A stretch of DNA of 64,000 bases from Veleropilina oligotropha. Its lineage: Eukaryota. The stretch covers positions 620,001 to 684,000 of the forward strand of contig JBEUKZ010000112.1 of the NCBI GenBank assembly GCA_048128005.1. Reading direction: 5' to 3'. How positions within the stretch are numbered: position 1 is the stretch's first letter; each line of letters begins with the position of its first letter. A program made the position numbers and the translations under genes. The notes under the pieces are model-generated. The model saw only the letters and a list, made by a program, of their open reading frames with translations, had not been told where the DNA came from and made no database searches. Below are positions 11,723-24,675 of the stretch, piece by piece.

Positions 11723-13836
11723 TGATATAGATATAATGAGTTACCTTGTTTGCAGTCTCAAACAATATCAGATATTATACCGACCAGAAATTTCTTCTAT
11801 ACACGAAACTTCCCCTCTGAGCGGCCCTTGCTTTTCTCGGCAACGGCGGCGATGTCGGTTTCACACTCAAACTTGAAGTTAGTTTCAAGAATCAAATCTT
11901 CTCTTCACTGATGTTAATAACACTCCACAGGGTAATTCCAGTGCTTATAGCATTTGTTAATAGCTATAAGTCTTAAGGATTTATCATAAATCGGACAATT
12001 TGCGGAGCAAATTTGAAAACACGTTTTTCCGTAATGGCGGAAAACTTTGAATTGAGGTCTTGTGACCCTGAGCTCGGACATCTCGCGAGACTTGGCGAGA
12101 TCTCGCCGGGGGAACTTAGAGAGGGGGAGCAGGGGAGGTAATCGTAGTGTTTTGACTTAATAGTGCATAAATGTGACATTATTCACTGTTTCCGGTTGGC
12201 GATAATATGACTATTATGGCAAGTGTAAGGACGTAAGTAAGTTTGTAACTACATATAATATGCATGCATGCACACATGCATACATACATACATATATTAT
12301 ATAGTCAATTCAGTGTTCAAAATATTTCATATAAATACAAAAATAACTTTTTATTTTGTCATCATGATCATGCATTATTATTTTTATATTGCTTAATTTG
12401 TTGTTTTCTCTTTCTGTGCCCTTAATTTTATTTTCTCTGTATAAATAATCCATTTCATAAACTTTGACCTTTCTTATTGCTGAGTAGCCAGTGCTGTGTT
12501 TTGCACATTCAAATTAGGGATGGTGCTTGTGATGGTGATTCCTCAGATCTGTTGCTAAACTCTGCCTTTGATGTCTGGAGCAATTTGGCTGTTCCGTCTA
12601 TTAACATTACTGGAATAGCCGGGAGGGACGGAAACCCAGACATGGTTAGCCCCATTTGTAGGGACTGTTTTGTCTACATGGATTTATTTATAACATTTTC
12701 CTTCAGTAAAGACTGCATAATATTTACAGCATGAAGGTAGTATTAGAAAACTATATCCATGGTATTTCAATAGAATATCTATCTATATCCTATACATTCT
12801 TGTAGTGGTATATTTTGCACTTTGTCAAAGAATGTTTTTGCGCAAAATTAAGGTGCGCTATTCACAGCGCTTCTTGGAAGACAGTTAGAAGAGCGAAGGC
12901 ATGCAAGCGGATCGCGCTCCTTAGAAATGAAGCCCTGTGGTTATAATTAAGTCAATGCGTACTTTACTATAATTGAACAAAATATATATCTTGTCAATCT
13001 CCTATCTACATGACAACTTTCAAGTACTTGGAAACTGTTGATCAGGGTGTTATCTTCATATCCATCAGTATTTTACTATTATTTTAGTAAACGTATATGC
13101 TGCTTCCGGTGTAGTGTTAATTTCGGGAGTTTCATATCATAACTTGCTGGTATAACATTTTAAATGTCATTTATACGATTAAATGACATTCATAGGACTG
13201 AAATAACTGATATTGAAACAGTAATTGGGTATCAATGTATCAGGACGAAAAATGCCCATTCAAAATCACCATTGAACCATGAAAATAGCAATAATGCGCT
13301 TGGCACCATAAACAAACAATCGCTGTGACAGGAATCAATGCATAGAGTCTATTGCAAGAAAATAATATTGTGAAAATAAACTTTACTGGATAATTAAATT
13401 ATCTCTGGAAGAGTCTCTGATTTCGGGAGATTTATGTCATTCTGGATACTCCCGGAGTAGGCCATTTCAGGGATGTCGATTTCAGGATTATTTAATCCCG
13501 TTCGAAGGTATCACATGTATGTACCACAAGACCAGAGGACTAGTGACTACCCAACCACATCACTTATGGAGCGACATTTGAGGGCATTTATAGATGCTAA
13601 CAAGATATGATTATAGTATGTATGCAACAAGAAAAAAGTAAGCACAGCTTACATACCCCCGATCGACGCTTTCACTAAATATAGTTTATGTCAATGTTAT
13701 ACTCACCGCTTAAAACAATAAAAATTTCACAAACTTGAAAGTAGGAAAAGGCACAAGTATTCACCCTAGTTAATGTGTGTACCAAGTTTCGTGAAGCTTG
13801 CCTATACGGTTTTGTTGTGGAGATATGCTCCTGAAG

Positions 13837-14103
13837 GAAGGAAGGAATGATGCTTAATGTCCTGTATATTTACAACATCGAGGTTCAAAGCAGGACATGT
13901 CCGTGTTATCGCGGGAGGAAACCCCGGTCGCCTGGGTAAACCCGCCGTCTTCGACCAGTCGCGGAAAACTGTGATTCATAACTTGAACAATTTAATGTCA
14001 ATGCCTCAGCCAGGTATTGAACCCACTACTGTTTGCATTAGCGGAATCAAGCCAGTGAATTTAGAGTGGACACTCTTGCCCACTGCGCTGCCGAAGCGGC
14101 CCC
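13837..14103 (-). mobile_element. tRNA-derived SINE (family 1)
   Basis: The minus strand starts ggggccgc..gcgcagtgg (A-box-like) and gggttcaatacc (B-box-like), has a central ggtttcctccc V-domain-like motif and a (ttcc)n tail. Near-identical copies lie at 23205-23464 and 22424-22546. Confidence 0.75.
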
Positions 14104-14297
14104 GGGATATGCTCCTGACAAAAGCGGCACAAATGTACAGGCCGTTCGGTAAAAGCACAATTAAATAGTTTAATAGTGATCAATCAGTGTATGAATTGAT
14201 TTATTACTAGTTTAACAACACATGTGATAGGTCTTAAGCGGTGCATATGACTTCATTGGACGCCATTGCTACATAATCAAAAGTAGAAGAGACATAC

Positions 14298-14383
14298 CAC
14301 GATTAATTCCATATCGATTAGTGCCCAAAAGCTTTTTCTTTTCTTTATTTAAAGTCTCCAGACTCCCCCAGATGTCAATAGCT
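14298..14383 (-). CDS. SLC30A9: SLC30A9 (ZnT9) coding exon 5: (R)AIDIWGSLETLNKEKKKLLGTNRYGINR
   Basis: AG/GT boundaries and phase compatible with the previous exon. Resembles vertebrate ZnT9 SLEVWGSPEALAREKK. Confidence 0.85.
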
Positions 14384-14440
14384 CTGGAAGGAAATAAATC
14401 ACAGACAGGTGTTAGAATAATATTTAAAATTTAACAATTT

Positions 14441-15127
14441 ACCAAATGTAAGGTAATGCATGTGGGTTATAATAACAATACCTATAATTATGAAATGGGT
14501 TCAGAAGCTTTACAAGAAATGGCCAAAGAAAAAGATTTGGGTGTATGGGTAGACAAGACATTTAAACCATCAAATCAATGTGCAGAGTCAGCTAAAAAGG
14601 GAAATCAAATATTGGGAATGATAAAGAGAAATTTTAATTTTAAATCTAAAGCCATCATAACTCGCCTATACAAGCAAATGGTTAGACCGCATTTAGAATA
14701 TGCAGTGCAAGCATGGTGTCCATATCTTGCTAAGGATATCAATATAATAGAACAAGTTCAAAGAAGAGCCACAAAATTGATAGGAGAATTGAGAGAATTA
14801 CCATACGAGGAGAGACTAAGAGCTCTGAACCTCACAACATTATCTTTGAGAAGGATAAGAGGTGATATGATTCATGTTTTTAAAATGTTTACAGGAAAAG
14901 TCAACGTTGACAATAGTTTCTTTTTTCAGATGAACCAAAGGCATACCCGGGGGCATCAATACAAGATTTACAAAAAAAGATTCCGACTAGACGTTAGAAA
15001 ACACTTTTTCTCAAATCGGGTTGTCGATGAATGGAATGCTCTTCCTAATAATGTAGTGGAATCGACATCTGTAAACCAATTTAAAAATCGCCTAGATGAG
15101 CATTTTAAGAAGAAGGGCAGGTTATAG
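14441..15127 (+). pseudogene. 5'-truncated CR1/L2-group LINE, RT C-terminal region
   Basis: KCKVMHVG, EKDLGV, RPHLEYAVQAWCPY, EQVQRRATK and FFSNRVVDEWNALP are typical of CR1-clade ORF2 3' ends. Confidence 0.85.
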
Positions 15128-15319
15128 AGGACAAGACAACTCAATGGGTTTTTATATGAGTGACAGTAATGCGCTTTCTAAACCCAAACAAATTCTATTT
15201 AATCTATTTAAAGTGGGAAAGAAATTAGATATATCCACAATTAACAGCAAATTACAATATGATTTTGTTTGTATATATTGTTTCTCATATTAATGACGTA
15301 AATTGGGACAATAAACAAA

Positions 15320-16531
15320 AAAAACTAGAATAAAGTTGTGGCACGCCACAAAAATGCCCTCGTGTAGACACCAAATAATATTAAATATAACCATATAAAT
15401 TGCAATATCACCGCCAAAATAGCTAGTGATATATCAAAGGTGATAGGATAAGTATATGTATTAAAATAAGTGCAAATAATGTCCACATAAACTTCTATTT
15501 ATACTTAAAATCTAGAATATCTGATATATCCATTGAGCCAGCCGGCACCCACGACTGAGCTCATTGCACACAGTGGGCTAGCTGGTAATAAATGCTTGTT
15601 TTTATCATATAAAAACCATGTTTAGCACTTTCAGCAGTGTTCTAATAAATAGTGGGGGCTATTAGGTAATTCCGTGGGAATTCTCTGTATATTTTTCGAA
15701 ACCCTTCTTATTATGATAAGTGGTGTAAACTATTACAAAAAACACTTGTTGCAAATTTTTTGCTTCAAAATTAAATTAGTAGCGGCATTTTTTAGATATA
15801 GATCCAGAAGGCTTTGCACATAGTAATCTGATGTTGTTTCTTCCTTGGAGAGAGGAATCTGAGCTCTTGGGACCATACTCATCATATACAGTATTCACCT
15901 AACATGAATATAATTATTACATAGTTTATCAAATTTCTATGTCCGAAAAGATTACCATATTTTAATTAATTAAATTAAATTTTATTAAATATCATTGCCA
16001 GAGTATATGATGACATCCATATAACCAATAACAAAGCATATATATGCCAAAATCTCAAATCAACAACTCATATTCACTTAACCAAAAACTTAAAATTCAC
16101 CAAAATTTCTATGTCTAAAATGCTACCATATTACCTTTAATTATATTAAATTTTATTAAATATAATTTCCAAAGTATCAGATGATATCCATATAACCAAT
16201 AACAAAGTATAGATATGCCAAAACGTAGCTTAAATAACCCATATCCACTCAATGAAAAACTTTAACCAAAAACTTTAACCTAAAATTCACCCAAGTTTCT
16301 ATATCCACAAACACCACTTTATTTTCATAAATTATAATAAATTTTATTAAATATCACTGCCAGAGAATCAGGTGACATCCCTTTAACCAATATCAAAGCA
16401 TACATATGCCAAAAAGGTCACTTGAACAGCCCATTAGACTCAATGAAAAACTTTAACCAAAATGTTGACGCCGGACGCCGTGACGCCGGACGGAGCAGAA
16501 ACAATATGCCCTTCGGCGCGGGCATAAAAAT
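15320..16531. mobile_element. Non-autonomous Helentron/DINE-1-like element with an internal ~180-bp tandem array
   Basis: aactag terminus, degenerate ~180-bp repeats at ~15930-16460, gacgccggacg microsatellite, and terminal hairpin atgccc..gggcat followed by an A-run. Confidence 0.55.
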
Positions 16532-16679
16532 CTAGTTCTGTTGGTAATGAGTGTGATGTCCTATATCGACCTGATGAGTGCCCTGACGCCCTATATCGAC
16601 CAAGTCATTATATTATTGAAGACACCACAATCATGCTGTAAGCTGCTAATTAATTAGTAAGAAAACCAGATCTACTAAC

Positions 16680-16772
16680 CTGTTTTCCACATCTGATCGT
16701 AGGTACATCGTAAGTGGCTTTCCTATCTCATATGGGCTTCGACGAGTATATTTTGGCAATACATCTAAATGA
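16680..16772 (-). CDS. SLC30A9: SLC30A9 coding exon 4: (S)HLDVLPKYTRRSPYEIGKPLTMYLRSDVEN
   Basis: AG/GT boundaries, 93 bp, phase 2/2. RRSP and YLRSDVE match the ZnT9 N-terminal domain. Confidence 0.9.
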
Positions 16773-17010
16773 CTAATTAAGATAAAAAAATTGGATAAGT
16801 TTAAACAGTCTTCAGTTTTATGTCTTCAATTTTAAATGTCAGATGTAATGTAATATATTCACCATAAAAAGTAAGCATTTTATAATTCTATGTCAGGTAT
16901 TTATATTATATATACCTGACACAGAATAATGAATAATTCAAAACTGTTAAACATACTTTTATCACTTAGACAATTATCGTTTGCAAGGATTTAAGGAAAA
17001 CAAATGTCAC

Positions 17011-17110
17011 CTTGGTTTTAGCAGATATTCGTTCATGGCTCTGACTGGGAGTATGAAGGTGTTTCCAGTGTATTTGTAATCTAGCGGCTCCTTTTTTGGT
17101 TTCTGAATCA
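17011..17110 (-). CDS. SLC30A9: SLC30A9 coding exon 3: (V)IQKPKKEPLDYKYTGNTFILPVRAMNEYLLKP
   Basis: AG/GT boundaries, 100 bp. Resembles ZnT9 KYTQNNFITGVRAINEFCLK. Confidence 0.9.
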
Positions 17111-17149
17111 CTGAAATGTTAAAAAATAGGTACATTGTATTGAGTTATA

Positions 17150-17470
17150 AAATAATAAATCTACAATAAAAAGTCATGTACAATTTACAATCTACATTAA
17201 ATGTCATGTACAATTTATAATCTACATTAAATGTGATGTACAATTTACAATCAACATTAAATGCCATGTACAATTTAAAATCTACATTAAATGTCATGTA
17301 CAATTTATAATCTACATTAAATGTCAAACTCATGTACAATTTACAATCTACATTAAATGTCATGTACAATTTACAATCTACATTAAATGTCATGAACAAT
17401 TTACAATCTACACTAAATGTCAAACTCATGTACAATTTACAATCTACAATAAAATATCATGTGCAATTTA
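17150..17470. repeat. ~30-bp minisatellite (catgtacaatttacaatctacattaaatgt), about 10 units
   Basis: Direct tandem units are visible, some with a 6-bp caaact insertion. Confidence 0.9.
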
Positions 17471-17793
17471 CTGTCCTTGACAGGTCAACAAGTAGCCAGA
17501 AACATGTTTTAATTGGGCTGGTAATATGCGGGTTCGATTCCTGATCCAGTGTGGCTTATTCTAACGCTTAAAACTAACATAACGGATGGCTTAAAACTAA
17601 TTACCTTCGAATGAAGACTACAGAAAAGAGTCTAAGACTGAAAATTGCCAAAATGTGGTCGTAAAACTCAACTGTATCACATCACATTTTTAAAACAATA
17701 AACTGTTATGATGCTGCTGACAACATATACATTCGAGTGCACATGATAACAATAGTACTTTAAAAAAATATTACAAATGAACATAATATATAT

Positions 17794-18853
17794 TTAGATA
17801 ATAAATAGTAAATATAGATTTACTTACTTTGAAACGAAAAATTGTGAAACGATTACGACGTTTCGGTCAGTCTACTGCAGACCTTGGTCACGTAATGACG
17901 GTTTATGACCTAGCGCTCTACGTGGCAGGAGAATCGATGTGTAGATGGCTTCTTTCACTTTGCGGCTGAACCAGTCTTCTTCTCGTGTGAGTATCCTGGT
18001 GTTCTTTATGGATACTGAGTGTCCAGTCTCTAGAAAATGGTCCCCTACACTTGTGGGTCGGTCGATGTTACAATGTTCCTTGAACCGTTGCTTTAGGGGG
18101 CGTTTTGTTTCACCGATGTAGGTGTGTTGGTCGTCTGCATCACACGTAATGTGATAGATAGTGTTACACTGCTTTTCCATGGGTGTTTTGTCATTCGGAT
18201 GGACAATCAGTGAACGGATTGTATTCTTCGGTTTGTCGAATATATTTACGTTACGACTCTTAAACACCCGGGTTCAGATAAACCTTGCACGTATGGTAAC
18301 CCTATGCATGGTGGTTTGTTTTCTCCTCCGTTGGTGTTGGTATTTGTGGATAGAGGTTTGAGTGGGGGTATGTTCAGTGCCCAATCGGCGTATTGATTAG
18401 CCTTGAGCGCTGCATGTATGTGTCGAATTTCAGCCTCTTTGTCTTCAGTTGTGTCATAGACGACCAACACACCTACATCGGTGAAATGAAATGCCCGCTA
18501 AAGCAACGGTTCAAGTAACGTTGTAACATCGACCGACCCACAGGTGTAGGGGACCATTGTCTAGAGACTGGACACTCAGTATCCATAAACAACACCAGGA
18601 TACTCACACGAGAAGACTGGTTCAGCCGCAAAGTGAAAGTCATTTACATCAGGCAACAGAAACCCACCATGAACCGGGACCTGGGCTACCACTTCCCGGC
18701 CGTCTACACATCGATTCTCCTGCCACGTAGAGCGCTATGTCATAAACCGTCATTACATGACCAAGGTCCGCAGTAGACAGACCGAAACATCGTAATCGTT
18801 TCACAATTTTTCGCTTCAAAGTAAGTAATCTATATTTACTATTTATTATCTAA
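17794..18853. mobile_element. Penelope-like retroelement relic with an inverted partial duplication
   Basis: Minus-strand ORF 17872-18267 has a GIY-YIG nuclease (IYHITC..YIGETKRPLKQRFKEH..KEAIY), and 18246-18470 resembles the PLE RT C-terminus. 18496-18853 is an inverted copy of 17794-18103. Confidence 0.85.
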
Positions 18854-18907
18854 GTGATTTTTGGAACCATGAACAATTTATTCCATAATAACATATCTTG
18901 TTTTAAT

Positions 18908-19293
18908 CAGGGTTCGTACACATGATCTCTTGCAAAATTCCATGACTATTTAATGACATTTCCATGATTAATTCAAAATTTCCATGGCTATTAAGACTCT
19001 ACGAAAAGGGCGCTTATCATAAATGTCAATGAGGGATTAACGGAAATAACGAAATAGGAAGGCATTTGCCACTTTAACATGCAGTTACAATTACCTATAT
19101 AATCTTACGAAAAAACAACAAGATAATTATCAGTTATTTACTATCTTTATGACAGAGCGTCTAAAATTTCATTTTTCATTACTTTGTTCATGACCATGTA
19201 AAATAAGTAGGCATTTTCCAGGTTTTCAGGCATGGATTTTTAAATATCATATTCTATGACTTTTCCAGGTTTCCATGACTCGTATGAACCCTG
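18908..19293. mobile_element. MITE with CAGGGTTC terminal inverted repeats
   Basis: cagggttcgtac ... gtatgaaccctg, with internal ttccatgac subterminal repeats and tttaat on both flanks. Confidence 0.6.
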
Positions 19294-19340
19294 TTTAATG
19301 GTCATAGAAATCTGCATTATAAGTCACTATCATCATTTAC

Positions 19341-19574
19341 CTTTAACTATTTTTGGTGGCTTTCCGTCTCCTGTACTAGACACATTGGCTTTGGTCCCTT
19401 CAGCTTTTAACTTATCAGCTAATTCTTTCGTCTTTTTAGAAGGTGATGATGAATCGTCATCTTTGCTGCCTGTACTTATAATCCTACAGCTGCTACGTAA
19501 TATCGGCATGATGTCTTGAAATGAAGAAATTTTCCTTGGGAAAACAATTAACGAAGAAAGATCCCTTCCTCTTC
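19341..19574 (-). CDS. SLC30A9: SLC30A9 coding exon 2 (poorly conserved N-terminal region)
   Basis: tttcag acceptor, gtaaat donor, 234 bp open, phase 1/1 linking exons 1 and 3. Confidence 0.75.
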
Positions 19575-20328
19575 CTGAAATGTATATATGCAAACATCAT
19601 ATTAAAACATTCAGATTTCACATCCTGGAAATCAGCTAGGGTCATCATGGGATGTTATAATGAGAGAAAAACAAATGGCATCCAATTATAGAAAATATGA
19701 CTGATAATTCCACAGTATGACTCAGAGAATTGAACAATGGCATATTTACATTAATGATTTTTATCTAACGACAATGGAATGAAATCTTAACTCACAATCT
19801 GATAAATCAACTGCAATGACACTGTTCGTAATTGCGATAGCAGTTTTCATCAGAAAAATTCAGTGTTTGTAACATTGACAACATAAATATCCTACTTTTC
19901 ACCGCGGGGCCCATGGTTCCCCGCGGTGAAGGAAATTTTGACAAATATACCTTATAAAATGGTGTTTCCTGGCACTTCAGGCATATTTCACTCAAATACT
20001 TAGTATAAAATTTTATATATTTTACAAGGTTAGCACATGCACATTAAAGTTTTTCAATTAAATGGTTCATTTTTGCTGTTTTCTTACCAAAACGCAGTAA
20101 TACATGTAATGCTCACAACTTCTGCAACCAAGCTCAACTTGGTATTGATATGTTTGTACAATTATTGCGACACCACACATCAAAATTTAATTGTAAAGTG
20201 CCTTTTCACCCTGTTTAATGCATATATTTGACATACAAAACACACAAGTTACGTTAAATGAGTCTTTTTCACAATCAAATCACCATACAAACCACCATTT
20301 GGGTCGACCGTCTGCAATAAATCTGGCG

Positions 20329-20492
20329 CTGGGCCCCGTTTCACAAAAAATCGTAGACGTAGTCGTAGACGTAATAGAATCTTACTACAAATTTTCGACT
20401 GGCTGTTAAACTTAAACAGCCAATCAAAAATTGTCGTAAGATTCTATTACATTTACGACTACGTCTACGATTGTTTGTGAAACGGGGCCCAG
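20329..20492. repeat. Short palindromic MITE / foldback element
   Basis: ctgggccccgtttcacaaa ... tttgtgaaacggggcccag. The whole 164 bp is an imperfect hairpin. Confidence 0.8.
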
Positions 20493-21312
20493 AAGTGTAA
20501 ACCTATTTTTACTTCAGCTTTCAAATTCGCGCACGGCCCTATCACGCGAGAGTGTTAAATAAATTATTTTTTTAAATTTTGACTTATGATTGTACATTAT
20601 TTTATTTCATGTGAGAGACGATGCTTTATAATTTTAAATAAAGTTTTCGATAACGGAATAAGTTGATGCTACATTGAATCGCCGAACTTTCACTCCAGGT
20701 TAAAATAGCGTGCTGTCAGGGGAGGTAACCACGAAAGCACTCTTCCCCCAGCATTGTTTCAATGGTAATGAATTGATTACGGAAGTAAACGAGCTGACAA
20801 AGATTCATCGGGAAAAGACGGACAATATAAACAAAAAGCATCGGGAAATTGTACGGCAGAAGCCTTGTACAAATCGGCCCTTGTACGATGTCAGAAAATC
20901 AAGTTTGATTAAATATCAGGAACACAATTATCGTAATATTTGGCATATGGAATGTACGGAGTATTTACGTACTAGTATTTGTATTTTAATTGTAATAATT
21001 TTAAAGTTAGTGGGAAATGTATCAAATCCCGACGCATAAGACGCAAAATCACGCAAATCCGACGATATCCGACAAAATTGTCTGAATCCGATTTTTGTCG
21101 GAAAACCCGACGAGTTACAAACACTGAAAATTAGTGTATACGAACTCATGACCAATGGTTTTGTAGACCAGCATGTTATCGACCATTGCGACATCTAAAT
21201 GATTTCAATTTCTGGGAATTTTTCACAGGTACATGTACACGTCGTTTCCATTGCACACTATTTCATTCAATGTCTATCAAAACCAAGGCAATGTCTATTA
21301 TATGAGTATTAC

Positions 21313-21415
21313 CAGAGCAATAACTGAACATTCCATTGGCACCCTGTGGGTTCGGACCGTTCCTCCCACAGCGCCACAGCAGACAGCTGGACTCTCTCCA
21401 CGCCTTCCTCCACAT
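21313..21415 (-). CDS. SLC30A9: SLC30A9 coding exon 1 (start): MWRKAWRESSCLLWRCGRNGPNPQGANGMFSYCS
   Basis: gccATG Kozak context and a gtaata donor in phase 1 matching exon 2. An acceptor at 21462 implies upstream UTR exon(s). The Arg-rich N-terminus fits mitochondrial targeting of ZnT9. Confidence 0.7.
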
Positions 21416-22423
21416 GGCGGAGATGTACGGTCCTCAGGTCATCATGTAGACGTTACTTGAATCTGAAAATTTATAAACAGTTACAAATAACTATTTCATA
21501 GACCTTCTTCAAGTTTTCATACTGTTTCAACTAGCAATTGCTCAATAAAATTTGCAAAAACATGCACAGTAGCAGTGTACAAATTGTAAGGATACCATGA
21601 TAGTTTTTCAATCAACATTACACGACTTGCAAAGCATAAATAAATGAATTATCACATAATACAGGTGTTAATTGCATACTATTCATGTATTATATACGTA
21701 TACATGAGCTTGATATATGAACAATAGAATTTCAAGAGCCTGTTGCGCCATAGCTCCAATTAATTTTGCACTCAATAGGATTAATTCGGGTCGCACCAAA
21801 TTCATTTGTAAGGACGAGTCAATTATTATATCACACCACCCATAGGTGATCATATGATACGATTGTTCCATGCATGTTTTAAGGGGTTACACCTTAAAAA
21901 TTACAATGCATTTTCTTGGTATGTATATCAGATAATACACTGACAGATCTCATGTGATATACACATAATGCCCCTCGCTAATTCTCAGGTCGTCATGTGT
22001 GATATCCGCTAGCATCGCAGTATATTGTCTAATACTCAAACCATTGTTATGACATCATTCTTTTGTCTTGACCTGTTTACCTAACCTTAATAAGACATTC
22101 CATCTGAATCGTGAGTATACACATTGTCAATTGAATTTGAATCATAAAAGAGATGGATTAGAACTCGTATTTTTCACATCAATATTAGCCTGGTCTGAGG
22201 CAAGTTATAAAATATATTATACAATTTAACAAAAACTAAAGAGCTGGATGACCTTGGTTGTATTATATTTTATCATGTTAATTTCTACATGTTCCCTATG
22301 ATGGTTTCTCTCTTTGTTGTTGCATGTTGCTAAGTCATGGGCCAACGTAATAAGCTAGAATATGCTTGGGATCGTTTGAGCAAAGAAATGCTTTTAGGTT
22401 ATTGAACGTATACGCTATTGAAC

Positions 22424-22546
22424 GACTGGCCGAAGAGGGCGGGTTTACCCGGGCGACCGGGGTTTCCTCCCGCGATAACACGGACATGTCCTGCCTTGAA
22501 CCTCGATGTTGTAAATATAGAGGACATTAAGAATCATTCCTCCTCC
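22424..22546 (+). mobile_element. Partial SINE family 1 copy (3' half)
   Basis: Reverse-complement match to 13840-13960. Confidence 0.7.
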
Positions 22547-22859
22547 GCTATTGAACGCAATACTTTTTTATCGATTTCACACGAATTTCAAGTTTGTGTC
22601 TATGTCCATGATGTTGGTGTCGACTTAGTAACCTGTACAGAAACACACACTTGAAAAGGTCAAGAAACAACACTTACACAACGGCTCTTTTGTTTTGAAG
22701 AGGTTGGTATTCAGCGTGAACACCTTGTTTTCAATGACGATTCAAAAGTAGGGTGGTATAGCCATACCAACCTACTTTTCACTCTATACCGACCTGCGTC
22801 CGTGCAAGACGGCTAAAGCTGATCACAAGCTAAATTGACAACAAAGGAGCTATAATTGG

Positions 22860-23030
22860 CCGTTGTGTAAGTCGGTTACAAACCTCGTTAGTCGGTATTC
22901 ACATATTTGAAAGACCTGCTTCCGTGCTGTAACACCTCGACCGGTCCGCGGTCTCGGTGTCACGATCCGCACGGGCGCAGGTCTTTCAAATCGATGAATA
23001 CCTCCAACTCGGTTAGTAACCTATACATAG
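22860..23030. repeat. Palindromic MITE-like element
   Basis: tttgaaagacctgc ... gcaggtctttcaaa inner inverted repeat with flanking imperfect arms. Confidence 0.55.
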
Positions 23031-23204
23031 CATTCAGGCTGAGAGGTGATACTAGAGCATGTATCTATGTCTTTCAATTGTTTTTGACAAACTCGAACAT
23101 AACGTTATGGCATATTTACAAACTTAAAAATACAAGATTAAAATGAATATGCCTTGATGATTAAAGTAACTATTTCTATTGTCACTAATCAATTAAAGTA
23201 GCGG

Positions 23205-23464
23205 GAGGGAGGAATGGTGCTTAATGTCCTGTATATTTACAACATCGAGGTTCAAGGCAGGACATGTCCATGTTATCGCGGGAGGAAACCCCGGTCGTCC
23301 GGGTAAACCCGCCCTCTTCGGCCAGTCACGGACAACTGTGATTCATAACTTGAACAAATTTCAATGCCTCAGCCAGGTATTGAACCCACTACTGTTCCCA
23401 TTAGCGGAATCAAGCCAGTGAATTTAGAGTGGACACTCTACCCACAGCGCTGCCGAAGCGGCCC
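23205..23464 (-). mobile_element. tRNA-derived SINE (family 1)
   Basis: Near-identical to 13837-14103. Confidence 0.75.
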
Positions 23465-23684
23465 AAACAGTGTTTAGATATAGCTGCATCGATTTATTTT
23501 GAAATATCACTGCATATAAGCACTCAAAATATATTTCAAGTAGCAAAAGTGTTATGATGCTGGATCACAGTGACACCACAAGGGTTCGTAACTCACCGCT
23601 CTTTGAGCGGACGGCACTCATCCTACTTATTAATAACTGTATGCATGTTATGATACAAATTTATATGCATACTTTTTCATTTTA

Positions 23685-24526
23685 ACACTTATATGCGAAA
23701 TATTACCCCAAAACAGAATGTTGACGTTTTATGCGTCGTCAAAATTGGAATTAAATAGAAATATATCTGGCCCAGACCAACATTCAACATGTACAATCGA
23801 ATAGAACCAATGAGCATACCTTTAGATAAAATATCTTAATAAACAATAAATCCTGTCGACACTCTCAGTCTGTCTGAAGAAGGATTTCAAAATTGGAGCT
23901 CTTTCGCGGTTGGTGATCGCCATGTTTACAGAAACGCCATTGAAATGTGAATGTTGGAAATTCTGGAACATTATTGGTCAAAAATGATTTTACAATTTCC
24001 TCTTTTAAAATTAAGTCTTACAGAAAATCAGAATATTATGCCATACGCACGATACAAAGTTAATGAGTTTGAAATGTATTCAACGTTGTTTAAACAATGC
24101 AGACTATCGTTTGTCATCAGAAACGCACAAATTAAAACACGATTCCAATGTGAGCTTTATCAAACACTTTGGTCGCTGTTTATTGCATGTAGCGAAATCT
24201 TATTAGCTAATGACATCGTAGCTTTTATAAAACTTCGGCCGCATTATTTGGTACAGTATAAATATTGAATTTATCAAAACACAAAATGGTGGTTGAGAGA
24301 CAACTGGGTCACGGTAATTTTCGAAATGTCACACATTCAGCCTGTCGGATAGATATATTTTGGAATTATTGGTCAAGATATTTTCTAAAAGTATGTTCAT
24401 TGGTTCTATGCGATTGTACTTGTTGAAAGTTGGTCTGGGCTAAATATATTTCAATTTAATCCCAATTTTGACTGGACACATAACATGTCAACGTGCCGTT
24501 TTGTGGAACATTTTGCATACAAAGTT
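23685..24526. mobile_element. Non-autonomous DNA transposon with long imperfect TIRs
   Basis: 23685-23853 is an imperfect inverted match to 24362-24526 (e.g. gcccagaccaac / gttggtctgggc). Confidence 0.6.
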
Positions 24527-24675
24527 TCGCTTATCTGTTGGTATCATAGCATATGCATGAAAGTGTACCCATTTCTTGACGAAGGTTGATATAAATATTG
24601 TTATTTAATGATACTAGGAAGGCACAACTGATGATATGCCGAAGCCACATATCATGCATTTTTAGTGTTACTCCC

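Larger units (their letters stand above)
4324..11733 (-). mobile_element. DIRS1-type retrotransposon copy B, full-length, nested in the 5' UTR of copy A; defective
   Basis: ITRs at 4361-4569 and 11514-11722 (a few mismatches) and ICR at 4633-4723. Gag, RT and YR frames lie between them. An ATA trinucleotide is present at both junctions (4324-4326 and 11731-11733). Confidence 0.93.
1..12256 (-). mobile_element. DIRS1-type tyrosine-recombinase retrotransposon copy A (3' part runs off the window; interrupted by copy B; defective)
   Basis: Gag-like and RT/RNaseH/methylase-like frames are closely similar to intact copy C (44840-52314). The 5' ITR-like sequence at ~12042-12256 ends in the family motif tatggcaagtgtaaggacgtaagta. 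The 5' UTR halves (~3960-4323 and 11734-12040) are collinear with the copy C 5' UTR once copy B is removed. Confidence 0.9.

Noticed and set aside
15775..15900. Possible extra SLC30A9 exon
   Set aside because: The open stretch ends in a stop, has no ZnT9 similarity and lies within a repeat element. The flanking exons already join in phase.
17145..17544. Repetitive ORFs (FNVDCKLYMT / YNLQSTLNVM)
   Set aside because: Translation of a 30-bp minisatellite.
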